From positions 22,095 through 86,094 of the forward strand of contig JAHLWZ010000179.1 in NCBI GenBank assembly GCA_020536535.1: 64,000 nucleotides of DNA, read 5' to 3'. Positions 49,871 through 63,299 of the stretch are shown piece after piece. Both the position numbers and the translations under genes were made by a program. The first letter of the stretch is position 1; each line of letters begins with the position of its first letter. The DNA is from Pelomyxa schiedti. Lineage: Eukaryota > Protista > Evosea. The notes beneath the pieces are model-generated. The model was not told the DNA's origin. It did no database searches and was given only the letters and a program-made list of their open reading frames with translations.

Positions 49871-51405
49871 TTATCTTAACACTTTACTGGTGATCCACGC
49901 CTTCTTGGTGAGTCGGTGAAGCAAGTGGCAAACTTCATACAATGTACTTCATTACGTCTGTAAGGGTCACAACCCTAATGGGTGTGTCTGTGGTTCCGCG
50001 AGTGACATATACTCGGTGCACTTTCGAGGTGACCATTCGTGCAAGTGCTTCGGCCAGGGTGTCTTGTTCCGTTACTGTTACTACGCGTGTGCCCTCCCCG
50101 TGCTTTTTAGGGATTGTGTTAGAATCAAGGATGACCGCGATGTCAGGGAGAAACCTGATGAAGTTCAGCCAGGAATTCCATTATGTTGAGCATAAGCATT
50201 CCTCGAGTAGGATTCTTCACGAAAAACTGCAAGGTGATAAGCACAAAGATGCTTTTCAGAGGTATAGTGATTGCTTTTCGGAGGTATATGGTACTTTCAA
50301 ATCCCTGCTGCTAGTGTTTGCCTGAAGGTGCCCTGCTGAATCAACTACGGCAACGCCACTAATATGCTTGTTGTCCATTAATCTAAGGTGGGTGCCAGTT
50401 ATTCCAGCCAAAGAAGACATAAGGGAATACCGGAAAGTGTCAATGGCTGTAGTTTCTGGTGTTACTGCCAAAACCGGTGCCTGTCCTATCGTGAGAGCAC
50501 CTAACTACAGAGGTAAATAATTTGGTAGATGTTTATATTAATTTGTTAACAGGACTGTTCGCCTTGTGCTGGTACATACCGGAAATGAGGTCTCTCCATG
50601 AAGTTCTTTTGTCTAAAGAAAACGTTAAATTCTATCAAACAACAGTTTGGTGTCTACATGATCAACCAAAAACCTATTGATCGCCGACTGGGATATAATA
50701 CTTCTAACTTTTCCGGTAGCATCAAGAATAGGAACTCTTTTTACTCCTGGAACCGTCACATTTGATGAGTGCGGGTGGACAGAGAAAAAGGAACAGCCTT
50801 ACCTAGAGCAAGAATTCTACAAACATCAGCTAAGGAAGAAGTTTCATTCACTGATCTGAAAACATTCCTTCGAGATAAATCTGCAAGGGGAATTGATTAA
50901 CAACTCGGGAAATTGGTGGCTTATTGATATACACAACGGACGAACATTTGACATTGACGCCATCAACAAAGTTCTTGAACACGGATGCGCCTGGGTTGGT
51001 GATGTCTAGTACCCTGGTAGCAGCCAACGTGTCGTTGGGGTCCTGCTGCTCGTCATAGAGGTAGACCGTGAATGACACCAGGTCTCTTAGGTCCAGGAAC
51101 CCTGTATATTTGCCAGTTTCTACGTCAAGCACGGGCGCAGATAGAATGTCATTGTCCAGGAGTTTCTGTTTTGTTTCTGGAACGTAAGCTCCAACACATA
51201 ATACATTCATATTTCAATGTTGTGTCTTTTGATTGTGTAGTATTTGTTATGACTCAAAGAACACAAAACGAGAACGGCCGAGGAGCACCTGAAATGCAGC
51301 AGCAGGTGTCTCAGTGCTATTAATTTCAATCACGGGTGATGTCGCGTTTAGTGCGGCGATGACACCAACGTTGGTGCTTTGCAACAACCTCTTGATAAGG
51401 CTCAT
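49871..51405 (-). CDS. Tandem CBS-domain protein (SDS23/AMPK-gamma-like); 3' end approximate
   Basis: KLLDNDILSAPVLDVETGKYTGFLDLRDLV; MDNKHISGVAVVDSAGHLQANTSSRDLK; TLAEALARMVTSKVHRVYV...GVVTLTDVMKYI. Confidence 0.85.
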
Positions 51406-52144
51406 AGATCTACCCACGTATAATGTCGCTGTTTGTCGTTGTTACGGTACCTCGGTAGTGGGACTATGGCTATTTGGCGTTTGCTTTTCGATTTTTTCTT
51501 TTCTCACGGATTTTTTTTCGTTAATCGCCAACTGCGAAGGAAATTGTGTCTCTAGCCCAGAGAGCCTCAGCGAGTGGGCAAACAAAAGTACTCAGTTGTA
51601 AAAGGAGAGCGCACTTAGGAGTTGATGAACGCGAGGGCCTAGTGTGGGATTAGTGACAAGTGAGAGGGGTGTGGGGCTGCACACATTTAGGGCAGGTGAG
51701 AAAGGTGGTATGGGTATTGGTATGACTGGGGAGAGTGGGAGGGATGGGGAGGGAGAGAGATATTGATGGAGCGTGGGGTGGGAGCGCAGATGTGGAAGTG
51801 AGAGTGAGCGCGGGAGCAGTAGAGGGAGAGGGGGTGTCAGAGGAGATGCTAAGGAGGAGGATAATGTGTTGGCCGTTGCGGTGTTCCCCGTAGAGCCATT
51901 GTCCGCTACTTGTGTGTATTAAAGCCTTCTGTGAACACTCTTTCCTGGTTGGTTTGTGTATGTTATGACTTGGGAAAAAGAGCAGATTTTACAGGGTGTC
52001 GTGCAAGTCAAAAAAGAAGGAAACTTCTGTAGAGTGGAGTAAACTCGGTGGGATTTGCACTCTTGTTTCCATTGTGGAAGAGTTCATGTAGATATATGAA
52101 GCTAGTCCATCTCTTTTTTTTTTTTTGTTGTTACTAAAAAAAAG

Positions 52145-53763
52145 TCAAGCCATTGAATTACTGTACGGTACTAGTATGGAGAGGGGCTCGGATAGAGAGA
52201 CGTTCAACATTCGTATGTGCTTGGAAATGTGGGCACCCAGTTTGTCGAACCACTCAAATATTAAAGGAGTTTTTGGTGGAACCAGGAAGAAGACGCAGTT
52301 GAAACTGTGTACCTTCACACATTAAGTTCTTTTGCTGTTGAGGAATGGGAAGTACAAGGAATTGGACTAGAACATATCGTGCACATTCATTGCCAATATA
52401 CACATATGGTGCACTGATTTTTTTTGTGCTATGGGTGTTCCTTGGTCCGGTGGTAAAACTCCCCTTACCACATGGCCTGTATTAACAGAGGATTTGGTTA
52501 TAGTGGCAAATGGACAAGTATCAACATAGGAGATATATTGGCTGTATGATTGAAAACCCCGTCAAACTGCAGGAGGCAGGAATAAATTGCATATATGCAA
52601 GCAAAATGTACTTGTACCTCCTTATGAGTAACACACAATGGAAATAGTAGTTTGTATAAAATCCGAAGATCTTGTGGAGGCAGATCATTAAAAATCACGT
52701 AGTCCCTGCGGCCAGATGAGATATTAAGTACAAAAAACCATATAACCTGTAAAAGAGCGAAATAAAACTTATAGAAGAAAATCGGCATTTTAGTGCCAAC
52801 ACAAAACTTAGGATATCGTAATGTGATTCCGGAGGGAGATTCATAAGTTTTATTCCTGTTATAACTATGAGGGCTTAAAATAAACATTCCAGTGTGCCAT
52901 TGAGAACTGTAAATAAATCAAATAACTCAGCGGTTTCCATCCCGGCAAGAATTGCTGGTAAAATCAACTGTAACTCTGTTTTAAACCGCTGAACATCAGA
53001 GTTCTTCAACATTTGTGTAAAGGATCCAATAAATAGCTGCATTTCTTGTTAATGAAGCTGATACTTAGTTTCCCTCCCTTGCACTGACGGGAAAGTACAA
53101 ACATGACAGACTCCATAAATATTCTTCAATACAGTTTGAAAAATAGCCAAGTCCTTTTTTCTTCCTAGATTTTTGAGAGGATCCTCCGAATTGTTCAATA
53201 CCTCACTTGTGTGTTATTTTTGGCCTCGTATTTTATTTATTTAGTTTATATCTATCGAGCTCTACCAGAATGAACCAAAAATCCTTCTCAGGACTATGCA
53301 CAAACATGGAGTGCCTTTGTGTTTGTACGAATTCCAGAGGGTGGGAAGAGAAAGTGCTGTTTCAGAGTCACAAAAAGATGGGAGCAGAAAAGAAATACCC
53401 CATAAAGAATGACACTGCCGTGCATAAACCCACACGAGCTAGCACCACTTTGGGCGTTAGTGACGAGGGAAAACTGTACAGAACATGATAGTCCTCAATC
53501 TACACGGTAGAAACATGTCAGTTCCGAATACTCTCCAATTGATAGATTAATGAATTCCCTCCAGGTTCACCTCCTCCTTTGCCAATGTCGGGTTGAACAC
53601 AATGAATTCCGCAATTCTCCCTGTCCAGTGTCAGTTGCCAAAACTAATTCTCTCGAGACTCCCACTCACTCGGCGTCACTCCACCCCGCTGTATGTCATT
53701 GGCCGCCGACACTGACGAGCCGCCCTTGTGGGACCCAGGCACCACGCGATGGGTTGCGTCCAT
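52145..53763 (-). CDS. CCZ1-like longin-domain protein (Mon1-Ccz1 GEF subunit family); 3' end approximate
   Basis: Spliced IAEFIVFNPTLAKEEIEDYHVLYSFP...VGLCTAVSFFM, TFSSHPLEFVQTQRHSMFVHSPEKDFWFIL parallels CCZ1 FFIYNP...ILFYHP...VGLCEAIVQF..TFS...EPEENFWMVM. Confidence 0.65.
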
Positions 53764-53836
53764 CACACGGTTTACGTTTTTTCTATGTTTCTAATCTAAC
53801 CCCGAAAAAGCAGAAAAATAAACAAAAAAAAAGGGA

Positions 53837-54880
53837 ATGCAGGAGTCACACGCGCCGCGTATTGTGTCGTCGGCACCCAAGTTGGCGCCTTCTCGATTCT
53901 CGCCTTATGTGGACAACGGGGGGTACTGTGGCCACCACACTTTTTATAAAAACCAAAACAAACGAACGTTAATAAGCTGTGGGTGTTGGATTATATTCAC
54001 GGTTATGGGTGGGCAGGACAACGGCTGCGGTTGTGGGAAGCAATTTCTGCGTGATTGCTGCCGATACGAGAATGAGTTTGGGTTATTCCATCCCTACACG
54101 TAACTTCACAAAGCTCGTTCAACTGTATGTATTGTGATTGCTCTTTGATTGAAGAGACTTTTTCCTCCTCTGATAGTTGTAGTACACCAAAGGCTGTACT
54201 AGCATCCTCGGGCATGCAGGGTGACATTTTAACAATCGCAAAGAGGCTCAAATGGGAACTCAAGGTTGTGCAATTGTTCTTATCTTCTCCATTCATGTCT
54301 TGTTAGTGGTACGAGCACCAACACGGTAAAACCATGTCCACTCCAGCTTTAGCTCAGTTTTTGGGCAATATCTTGTACTCGAGGCGGTTCTTCCCTTACT
54401 ACGCTAACAACATTCTTGCTGGGATTGACGAAAATGGTGTGCTGTCTCTGAATAGACACAACACTCACGAATCCTAGGGGTTGGGTGCTGCTGGACTTAT
54501 GATTCTGTTGGCTCCCATGAGCGAGTTGTGTACGGGTCGTCTGGTTCTGGCCAGGGTCTTATTCAACCATTTTTGGACAACCAGGTATTTAAACAATCAA
54601 AATAGTGAATACACACCTATACCCTTTCAGGTTGCCAAGAAGAACCAAGTTTTCCTTCCTGAAGGCCCTATGACTTTAGAAAACGCCAAGGTCTAAAAAG
54701 AAAACCAACAGTAAACCGCTCTGACAAAAAAAAAAAAAAAAAAACAAAAACCAGGCCATTGTAAGAGACGCTCTGTGTGCTGCAGCTGAACGTGACATAC
54801 ACACTGGTGATTATATGGATATGATTGTTCTCACACCTGCAGGACTCGAACAGCACCGGTTTGAGCTTAAATTTGATTAA
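53837..54880 (+). CDS. PSMB1: 20S proteasome subunit beta type-1 (beta6/PRE7)
   Basis: [38 protein letters not shown]; GMQGDILT; [14 protein letters not shown]; IQPFLDNQV; [10 protein letters not shown]...FELKFD*. Confidence 0.95.
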
Positions 54881-55097
54881 AGCTAAGAAAACAAAACATT
54901 TTTTTTGAGCTGTGTGCCAAAATAAGGCTGTTGGTTCACTAGTGTTCCTCGTTTTTATGAGAAACACTGTACGTGTGCCTTGTGTCGTGTGTTGTGGTGT
55001 AGTTCTGGTATAGGGAATTTGGCCTAGGTACAATTTGCAAGCAAGGCTCATAAGAAGAGTCTTCCTTTAAAAAATGAGATACAACAAAAAGTAGTGA

Positions 55098-56447
55098 TTA
55101 AGGTACATGTCTCGGAATCTTTCTCCAAGGTTCCTGTGATTGTGTTTGAACTTCAGGGTTTGGTATGCTCAAATCCATCTTTCTCTTTATACTTCCAAGT
55201 TGGAGCATTCGTGAGCACAATTCTTCAATAGATTGTGGCTGCGTCAACCCTTTGGCTCTAAGTGCTGTAAGTTCGTCCTTCATCACAAGAACAGTCTCTG
55301 CTTCAACGTTATCCACACCAGAAATTGTCATTATAAAGTCAACCTCGATTAAATGTTAGGTCGAATTCAGGCTCTCTGGTATGTACCTCTTGATCTTTGT
55401 TAGGGTGAGTGAGTGAAGCGCGGCACATTTTTTTAATGAGAGCCTCAAGTGCTTGAGTGGGAGATACACCAGTCTGTAGAACATTAAGAAGAAAAATGGG
55501 TGAGCAGAAATCATACCCTTGTGAGTTTCGAAGCTTCAGATATGGCAACATCCCTGAAGTGAGAAATGGCCCGCCGTATTGCGGTAGCTGACGAGGCGTT
55601 GTTAGTCAAGCAAGCATCACCACTAGCTCCTGAAGAACTGCACACCACAGGGTGTGGTGTGTAGTTGCGCGAAGCGATATACTTGTTTACCGGCACGCGT
55701 GATTGCCTTGATTGAAACGGATAGGTAGCGGTAGTAGTTGGCAGTGAAGGTTGCCCAAATTGATAGGAATAAGGATTGTAAGAATTGTGCATAGGCAGGA
55801 TGGGAGTAGTGCTCAAAGGAGGCACAATGGCACGTCGTTTAGGCTTTGGTGCCATCCACCCTGTAATGCATGTCAAAGATAGATAATACATCGAGGCCTA
55901 GGAACACAGAATACAAAATACAAATCACACAACACAAGAAAAAGAACTAACCGTCGCCCTCGGACTCCCTAGACGCCGCGAGGGGCTGTCGCTTGCAGGG
56001 CACGGACGCCCACACCACCGCCATGTTGTCCAGTGCCTCTCCTGTCCCCGGCCCTGCCCCTGCCCCTGCCCCTGTCCCAGGCCCTACCGCCACCACCGCC
56101 CCTGTCCCAGCCCCACTGCTCGCTGTTGACATCGCCGTAACTTGTTCCCCCCCAGATCCCACCGCTCCGCTCCTGCCCTGTTCCCCTTCGCGTCCGCCGT
56201 CGATCGCTTGTACCGCTGGTTCTTTTTCCTCCTCCTCCTCCTCTTCCTCCTCCTCAGCCTCTTCCTCCTCCTCCGCTTCGTCGTCGTCGTCGTCGAACAC
56301 GAAGTGGTGCGCGAGCTCCTCCTGTTGATCTTCGTCGGCGTCGTCGCTGCTGCTGGAGAAGTCGTCGCTGTCGTTGGAGTGATTGTGGGGAGGTGAGGCC
56401 AGGCGTTGGGCGTCGCGCTCCGCTGCGGCTCCACCGACGCTCATCAA
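55098..56447 (-). CDS. Hypothetical protein with acidic N-terminal tract and possible C-terminal UBA-like helices
   Basis: Open exons 55947-56447, 55511-55891, 55339-55551 and 55098-55331 with GT/AG borders; IEVDFIMTISGVDNVEAETVL weakly resembles UBA-like domains. Confidence 0.45.
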
Positions 56448-56723
56448 CTTGTTGACTGAAATTTGGGCTGCAATTTACACCAACTTATGATTACTTAGGG
56501 ATTTTCTTTCCAGATCTCCAACTGTTCCCTGCAGGGTCTGCCACCACACCCACAACAATGCTGTTACATTAGCTAAAGGTACCCTCTACTCCCTTTGTAG
56601 ACGTGCACTTTTTGGGCAGCGCACAAGTGTTCAGCTATTCTTGGCTTTCGCACTAAGGAGGAATAAAGTTGTTGCCGGAAGGACAGCTATTTCCGTAAAA
56701 GCAACAACAAACAAACAACAAGA

Positions 56724-57249
56724 ATGTCGGGACCAGCGACGAACCCCGGCGCCCCTCCACCTACGGGACCTCCAACGCCGCAACCACCAGCTGTGCTGGC
56801 GTTGGCTACGGCGCCCCGCGCCCCTTCGTCGCCGGCCATTAGACGGCCCGCGTTCGCGGCGCCGCCCCCGCCCCCCAACACCGCGCCCGCGGTACTTCAG
56901 ACTTCTCACTCCTCCGCCTCGCCGGGGCAGCAGGTGCCGCCGCCTGGTCCTACGCCTCCTTCCACGGCCGCCGCCGCCACAACCGCCACCACTCCCGCCC
57001 CCAACCCCCCGGCCAACACACCCCACCACGGGCCGCCGCCGCATGCTGCGCCGCTTCCAGGGCAAGGGTCCGCCCGAGCACCGCCCCTCTCGCCCCTGTC
57101 CGTGGCGCTGCCGCCCCCATTGCACGCTCCCCCGCCTCCCCCCATGTCCCTGGACCACACAGCCCCCCCCGACTATCTCCACGCCGCATCCCCCCCCGCC
57201 CACATCCACATCCACGAGCAGCAGCAACAACAGCGGAACAGCCACATCT

Positions 57250-57280
<31 letters not shown>

Positions 57281-60200
57281 TGGGCGTTGGGGGTGGCGGC
57301 ACACCGGGGGTTGTGGTCTCGCCTCGTAACACAACACAACCTCAGGATGGTGCGTCGGCCGTGGCGGTTGACATTCCACCACCACCACCACCGCCCGAGC
57401 ATGTGAGGCCATCGCCCCCAAACAAGGAGCTGCCTGCCACACCCCAGAGAGAACCTTCTGGTCATACCAGGGAACAGCCTCAGCCACAACAGCAGCCGCA
57501 GGGGCCTCTGTCTGTCTCGGATACTGGTGGTGTTGCCTCAGGGGGGGCTTCTACTGGCACTCCTCTCAATACTAGTGCTCCCATCCCAGTTCCACAGGGA
57601 CCTGAGGGCAGCAGCGGGACTTCGAGCAATCGCTGGTCATTCTCCCCAGAGACAGCTAATAAGCGTGGCATCAGGCGCCTCCTATCGAGTCTGGCGTCGT
57701 CTCAGGTACCTTCTGACCCCGCGGCACAGCAAGCCACTGCTGATGCGGATCACCCTTTGCATGACGAGACTGTGCATGCCGTAATGTATGTTGGGTGATT
57801 CTACTGTTTAACACCCCAGTAGTGGTACCCACTCATTTACACAGAAATTTACCTCCCCAAGTTGCCACGCATGTCTCCAACATATTGGTGGAAGGCATTT
57901 TCGTTAATATGCCAATTCGAGCTGTGATGTTCCAAAGTGGTAAAACGTTAGCCATGGCAGGGCAGCAACCAAGTGTTGAATTTGCTACCCCGTACACACA
58001 ACCACCAAAGGTTTTTGCTTGGTCCTTTGGGTATGGGGACCAAACTCCTATGGCTAGTGTCCCATCAGCAAAATTAACTATAACTCTTACGGGTACCTCA
58101 TTTTCCCTTCTAATAGAAAAATTGATTGGCATTAGGTTTTAGTATTGCTATTGATGGAAATTTTGACATATGTTGGGTAGCCTTCAACTTGCCCACCACC
58201 AATCCCGTTCTTAAAGAAGCCATACGTTTGATACTTACTCATCCTCCTGAGTTGAGCCCCAAATTACAAGAAAATGTTGAAGAAAGTGTGCGGGTGTGTT
58301 CTCTGTGGCATAGATAAAACAGCCAAACTATATCAGGAAGTATCAGTCAATGGCACTGCTGCTGATGGACAGACTTTACTGCATGCAGCTTCATATGCTG
58401 GAAATCTTGAACTTATTATGTGGCTATTAAAGCAGGGAACTGAAATTGATCCCAAAGATGAACTGGGATGGACGCCACTCATGTCAGTTTGCTATTTTCT
58501 GTTCACAATATTAAATGTTCCAAGGTGTGCCGTAAATCAAGGCCATTTCTCTGCAGCACAGTGTCTGATGGAAAAGGGAGCCAGCTGCCTGCAAATGAAT
58601 GTAAGAAAGCAAACAATTTTGCACTTGCTTGCCAAGTCTTACAATTCTGCACACCCAAGTTCACATATGGTATCTTCATTGATTAAATATCTCACTTACT
58701 TCTCGAAGATCTTGCATTCGTTACTATCGTCCGAAATTGACATAAATGGTAGGTCAGATAGTGGAGATACTGATCTGATGTTTGCCTGTTCCTCAAATAA
58801 TGTGCAAATGGACCTCATTACCACTCTTCTGGAGGCTAAAGCTGATCCAAGTAGGTAAGAAAACTTGTCAATAAGACTAACAGGAAAAAGATATTTCTAA
58901 TTTTCGTGGTGACACCCCACTTTCCAAAGCAACAGCAAGTAACAACCAAGAGCTGATTGATGCACTTTCACTGTAACTCTCATGTCAATATCACATCGAC
59001 ACCTTATCTAAGCAGTTTCACAGATATAGTGCTGGTCCCTCTCAAACACCACAAGACACAGCCGAGGCACCAACACTCCCTCAGGTACCAGCAGTTGGAC
59101 AGCAACAAGTCTCACTCGAGTTGGCCCGTGATATATTTTCCAAGTTTCCAGAAAAGGCTGTTCTTTTTCAAAGCGGGAGGTTCAAGGCACAATATGTGAA
59201 GCAACACATTGATTTCACAACATCGTTTGCTCGTCAGCCGCGAGTATACGCATGGTCTATATCTGGAACACAGTCTCTAATTGCAGAAGTTGGAATATCC
59301 CTTAGTTTGACTGGTGCCAACCCCACATCCAAACAAAAAAAAAAGAAGTGTAACCATAACTAGGCTTTGATATTCTCCTTACGGGAACCCCATACAATAG
59401 TGCTCTCAATTGGGTGGCTTTCTTGACACCCCAAGTTGGAGAGGGGAATACTGAGACCAGTTCCCTTACACAGCAGCATACTGTGGAACAAGTACCTTTC
59501 GTGGGGCTTTTTCTTACATTCTTACCTGACACAGAAACCTGTCCAATCTGGCCCTCCTATTCTTCTCGTGTTATCACCAAAATCTGCAGAAGCCTCTTCC
59601 GTGGTATACAATTGCTCTCAGGTTTCTTCGTCTCTAATTTCCTACAGCATGTACTTGAGCCCAATGAACCTCCACTCGATATCTATGAAAAATTCACAGA
59701 ATATTATACTGCCTTTGAAGAACAGGACTCTGACGATAATGTAAGATGGTCTGTTTTAGCAAGCAATTGTGTAAGTGCTTTCCTTCTTCTGCATTTTCTC
59801 ACGGTTGTCAGGAGTCCCTCACAACCAAGGATTATACAATTCGGGGTGGGAATATATTCAAGCTCGTTCAATACCTCACCCACCAAAATGAAAGTGGTGA
59901 GTACCGTATTTATTCTCCTTTTATTAACACGTCGGAGATATGGAATTTGTTCATTCCTTTCTCATTTCACATCCCGCTTTTATTGATGAGCTGAAGTTTT
60001 TGGATCTTCTCACTGTCAGGTACTTTTTGTTAAGAAACTGGCTGGACTGTATTAACTCCTACTGAACAAAGATATTTTATTCGAAAACCAGAGCAATTTG
60101 ATACCAATGTCTTCAACATTCGTGTCAGAAATATCATCCGACTAAGGTTCCATGCCCCTGTAATTTTTCGTTTCTTAAAAATTCCAAAAGAATTGTTAAC

Positions 60201-61610
60201 ATCCTAAAAACTTGGGTGTCACTCTATTACGAGGATTTTGCGGAGAACCCCACTATGCTCCAAAAGCTTTCAGAGATGTTATTACTATTTTCTAAAACAT
60301 GCAAAGCTGCATCACTTGTTTTAAAAGTTTTGGAGAGGGTATGTACTGCAAGTTTAGAGGTGTATCTGAAGTAACAAGCTTTCCAGCAAAAAGCTGCACT
60401 AGCTGCTCCGGTACATTTGGGTGAACCTCCTCCCCCATCTATTTTGCTTGCCAAAGGCGAACCCAAGTCGTTACTCGATTTTCATCCTGAAGAGCTAGCG
60501 CGGCAGATGTCACTTATAGAATGGAACATTTGGAAGAGAATTCGACCCAAAGGTTTGAAGACTTGCCTTCCATTTTATTTATCACCTCCTAGAGTTTATA
60601 CGAAATTCATGGACAAAACCTACCCTCAAGGACAAACTTGCCCCCAACATAACGGCTATGATAAACGAGTCAAACAAGAGAACACTGTGGGCAATAGCAG
60701 AAATTCTTCGGCATCCACATGAAAAAGAAAGAGCAATTGCTATACATAGACTGATATTGACAGCTGAAGTATGGACGACGAAGAAAATCACGACGCTAAC
60801 CAACACTTTTGTAGGCCTCCCTGAAAATTCGAAACTTCAATGGTCTAATGGAGCTGGTCTCAGCAATGCAAAATTCAGCCATTCACCGTCTCAAGAGATC
60901 CTGGAGGGTGACTTTGCTATTTTTTTTATTGTCCGACAGTTAACATTTTACACACCTGTAGCATCTACCTGCCTCAACGTGGGAAATATACGACAAGCAC
61001 TGCGCACTCTTTGAAGCAAGAGGAAATTTTCAGATATACCGAGAAGCAATAAAACAAGCAGTTCCTCCGTGTATCCCTTATCTTGGTAACAAAAGTAGGA
61101 ATTCTGAGTGTTATCTTATATTTTTCAGGAATGATTCTCACAGATCTCACTTTTGCCAATGACGGGAACCCAGATCTTATTGCAGGAACTCAATTGGTCA
61201 ACTTTGCCAAATACCGCAATACATCCAATATAGTCAAGTACTCTCAACTAGTTCCCATACCCATTCAGATTCATTTGGGTTTTTAGAGCTCTACAATTAT
61301 GGCAACACACTGGGCCGAATTTTACGCCAGTGGAAATACTACAGCACGCTCTAGCTAATGGAACCGGGCCAGTCGTTACTGTAGACGAGGCATTTGAAAT
61401 AAGTACGCGTATTGAGCCTCCAATACGTGATAGTGCAGCAACAACAAAATCCACTCCATCAACCACTGACAAAGTATCAAAGGTAACAAAACGCTGCAAC
61501 ATCATCAACCTTAATGTTTTAAACAGGACATTTTCAATAAAGATGACAACACCCTCGCCAAAGCTAAAAAAAAAGCCTATGCCAAACTCACTAAAGACTC
61601 TAAATCCTAG
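56724..61610 (+). CDS. RasGEF (REM + CDC25) with Pro-rich N-terminus, ankyrin repeats and two H-type-lectin-like domains; apparent +1 frameshift near 57163-57170
   Basis: ANK: DGQTLLHAASYAGNLELIMWLLKQG, GWTPLM, GDTDLMFAC. REM: IQFGNIFKLVQYLTH. CDC25: LLDFHPEELARQMSLIEWNIW, LNNFNGLMELVS, PPCIPYLG, MILTDLTFANDGNPD...VNFAKYR. Confidence 0.88.
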
Positions 61611-61777
61611 CGGCCTGTACAATACAAGTAATGTGTAAATTTAATCACCCACATCCACACCACTTTTTTTGAACGTGATGCACTATGTAACAAACCCATT
61701 GCTGAATTAATCAGTTCGTACTCCCTGAAAAACTTTCCCCAGACCAACCTGTCTCGGCCAAACAAACAATTTAACCA

Positions 61778-63184
61778 ATGTGTAGTACAAAGGATGGGCA
61801 TGTGGAGTTAACAGACATCTCTGTTGTTGGTGAACAAGGTAGTACTGAGAACTGTCAGTGGTCAGAAGGTTCATTGGTTCCGTGTGAATTTTGGAACAAG
61901 TGCTGTGAAGTGTTCAATGGCCTACCAAAGAAAGGTACTTGGGTTGTTTTTCTTCATATTTTGAGGTTTCACAGCCGGAGTGGACAATGTCAATCTGGTA
62001 TCGATTGTGGATGTGAAGGCACAATGGAGAGCAACCTACAAGGGTGCCACTATATTTAAGTGCGACTGTATTCTCAGTATGCTGGAGCTGAAAAACAATG
62101 GGATGATGTCAGTGAAGAGTTTCGTTTTGGGTTGTTACTTGCTAGCCCAGTGTGGTCGGCCAGAACACTGCACTGTTCAGCAGTACAGAGATAGGTACAA
62201 TTTCGTGTTTCTTGTAGTGTCATTTCCAAACTCATCTCTCTTCGTAGTGGGTTCAAAGGCTCTGATACCCTTTATCGGCTTTGCTCTAATGAACAAGATA
62301 GACATTCTATGTTGCGTTGTTTTGGCATTTTGCTTGTTGTGAACCTTTTCCTCTCGGTATAGTAAAAAATGCAGTACATTTTATTCTGTTGTGCTCATAC
62401 TCTTAGATTGCCAGCATATCATACTGGGCTACTTCTGTTTTGGGGATATTAACATTAGGCATTGCAATTTTCTTGCATTTGCTGTGGCACAGGGTTTTGT
62501 TTATATGGAGCAATGAGCATCTTTCAGGTTGCGTACTGTTCCAATGACTGGATTTGTTTGATAGTTGGGAAATTAGGCAGTACTCTTGGCATTGCCATTT
62601 TTGCATGTGTCTGCTTAATTGGTGGTTTCGTAGGTGACATATTGACGGGAGCTGAAACTGTGTTTTGGTACATCTACTTGGGTGGATTTGGGCTCCTCCA
62701 AGTGGTCTATGCAGTGCTCAGCACAATACTCCTTGCAAACATATGTTGTTTGTTACACAAAATGTCATTGAAACTCTCTGTTCCTGTTCCGGAGGTTAAA
62801 TACCCATTGCCATATATATATAAAGTGGGCTTGGTTGTTAAATAATACTATAATAAGCACTTACACAAATGAAAACAGTATTCAGTATACACCTCGCTTC
62901 TTGTAGCTGGTATTGTCTTCGTCAGTGCAGAGATTCCTGCATCCATTTGTGCGCTTATTGTTGGTGCCTTGCTTGGGGCCAACGAGCTGGTGCTCATCTC
63001 TTGCACTGTGGCCACTTTGGGGATGTTACCAGTTATACTTTTTATATCAATGGTGTGCAAGAGATACCCATCACAGGCAACAATTCCTGGCATCACTGTT
63101 TCCTCCCTTATTGTTGAGCTGGCAGTCGTGTTAATTGTATTGCAGTGGACAGGTCATCTTGTTCCTCATGACAGTGCAATGTGA
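61778..63184 (+). CDS. Hypothetical multi-pass membrane protein
   Basis: Consecutive plus-strand exons with many hydrophobic, Cys-rich segments (e.g. LGIAIFACVCLIGGFVG, GITVSSLIVELAVVLIVLQW); no recognised family. Confidence 0.5.
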
Positions 63185-63299
63185 CTTTCCATTTCACCAG
63201 CAGTAAATAATGTTTACAATAAATTTAATGTTAACAGTGTAGTTGTAGTGGTTTGTTGTTTCCATTGTACAATCAAGCATAAACCAGCTCTCTGGCCGT

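Noticed and set aside
51600-52120. Purine-rich (GA/GT) gene-free stretch as an ncRNA or mobile element
   Set aside because: No terminal repeats, ORF or stable structure seen; best read as the upstream region of the CBS gene and 3' region of the CCZ1-like gene.
54003-54296. Minus-strand 97-aa ORF
   Set aside because: It is antisense to clearly conserved PSMB1 exons.
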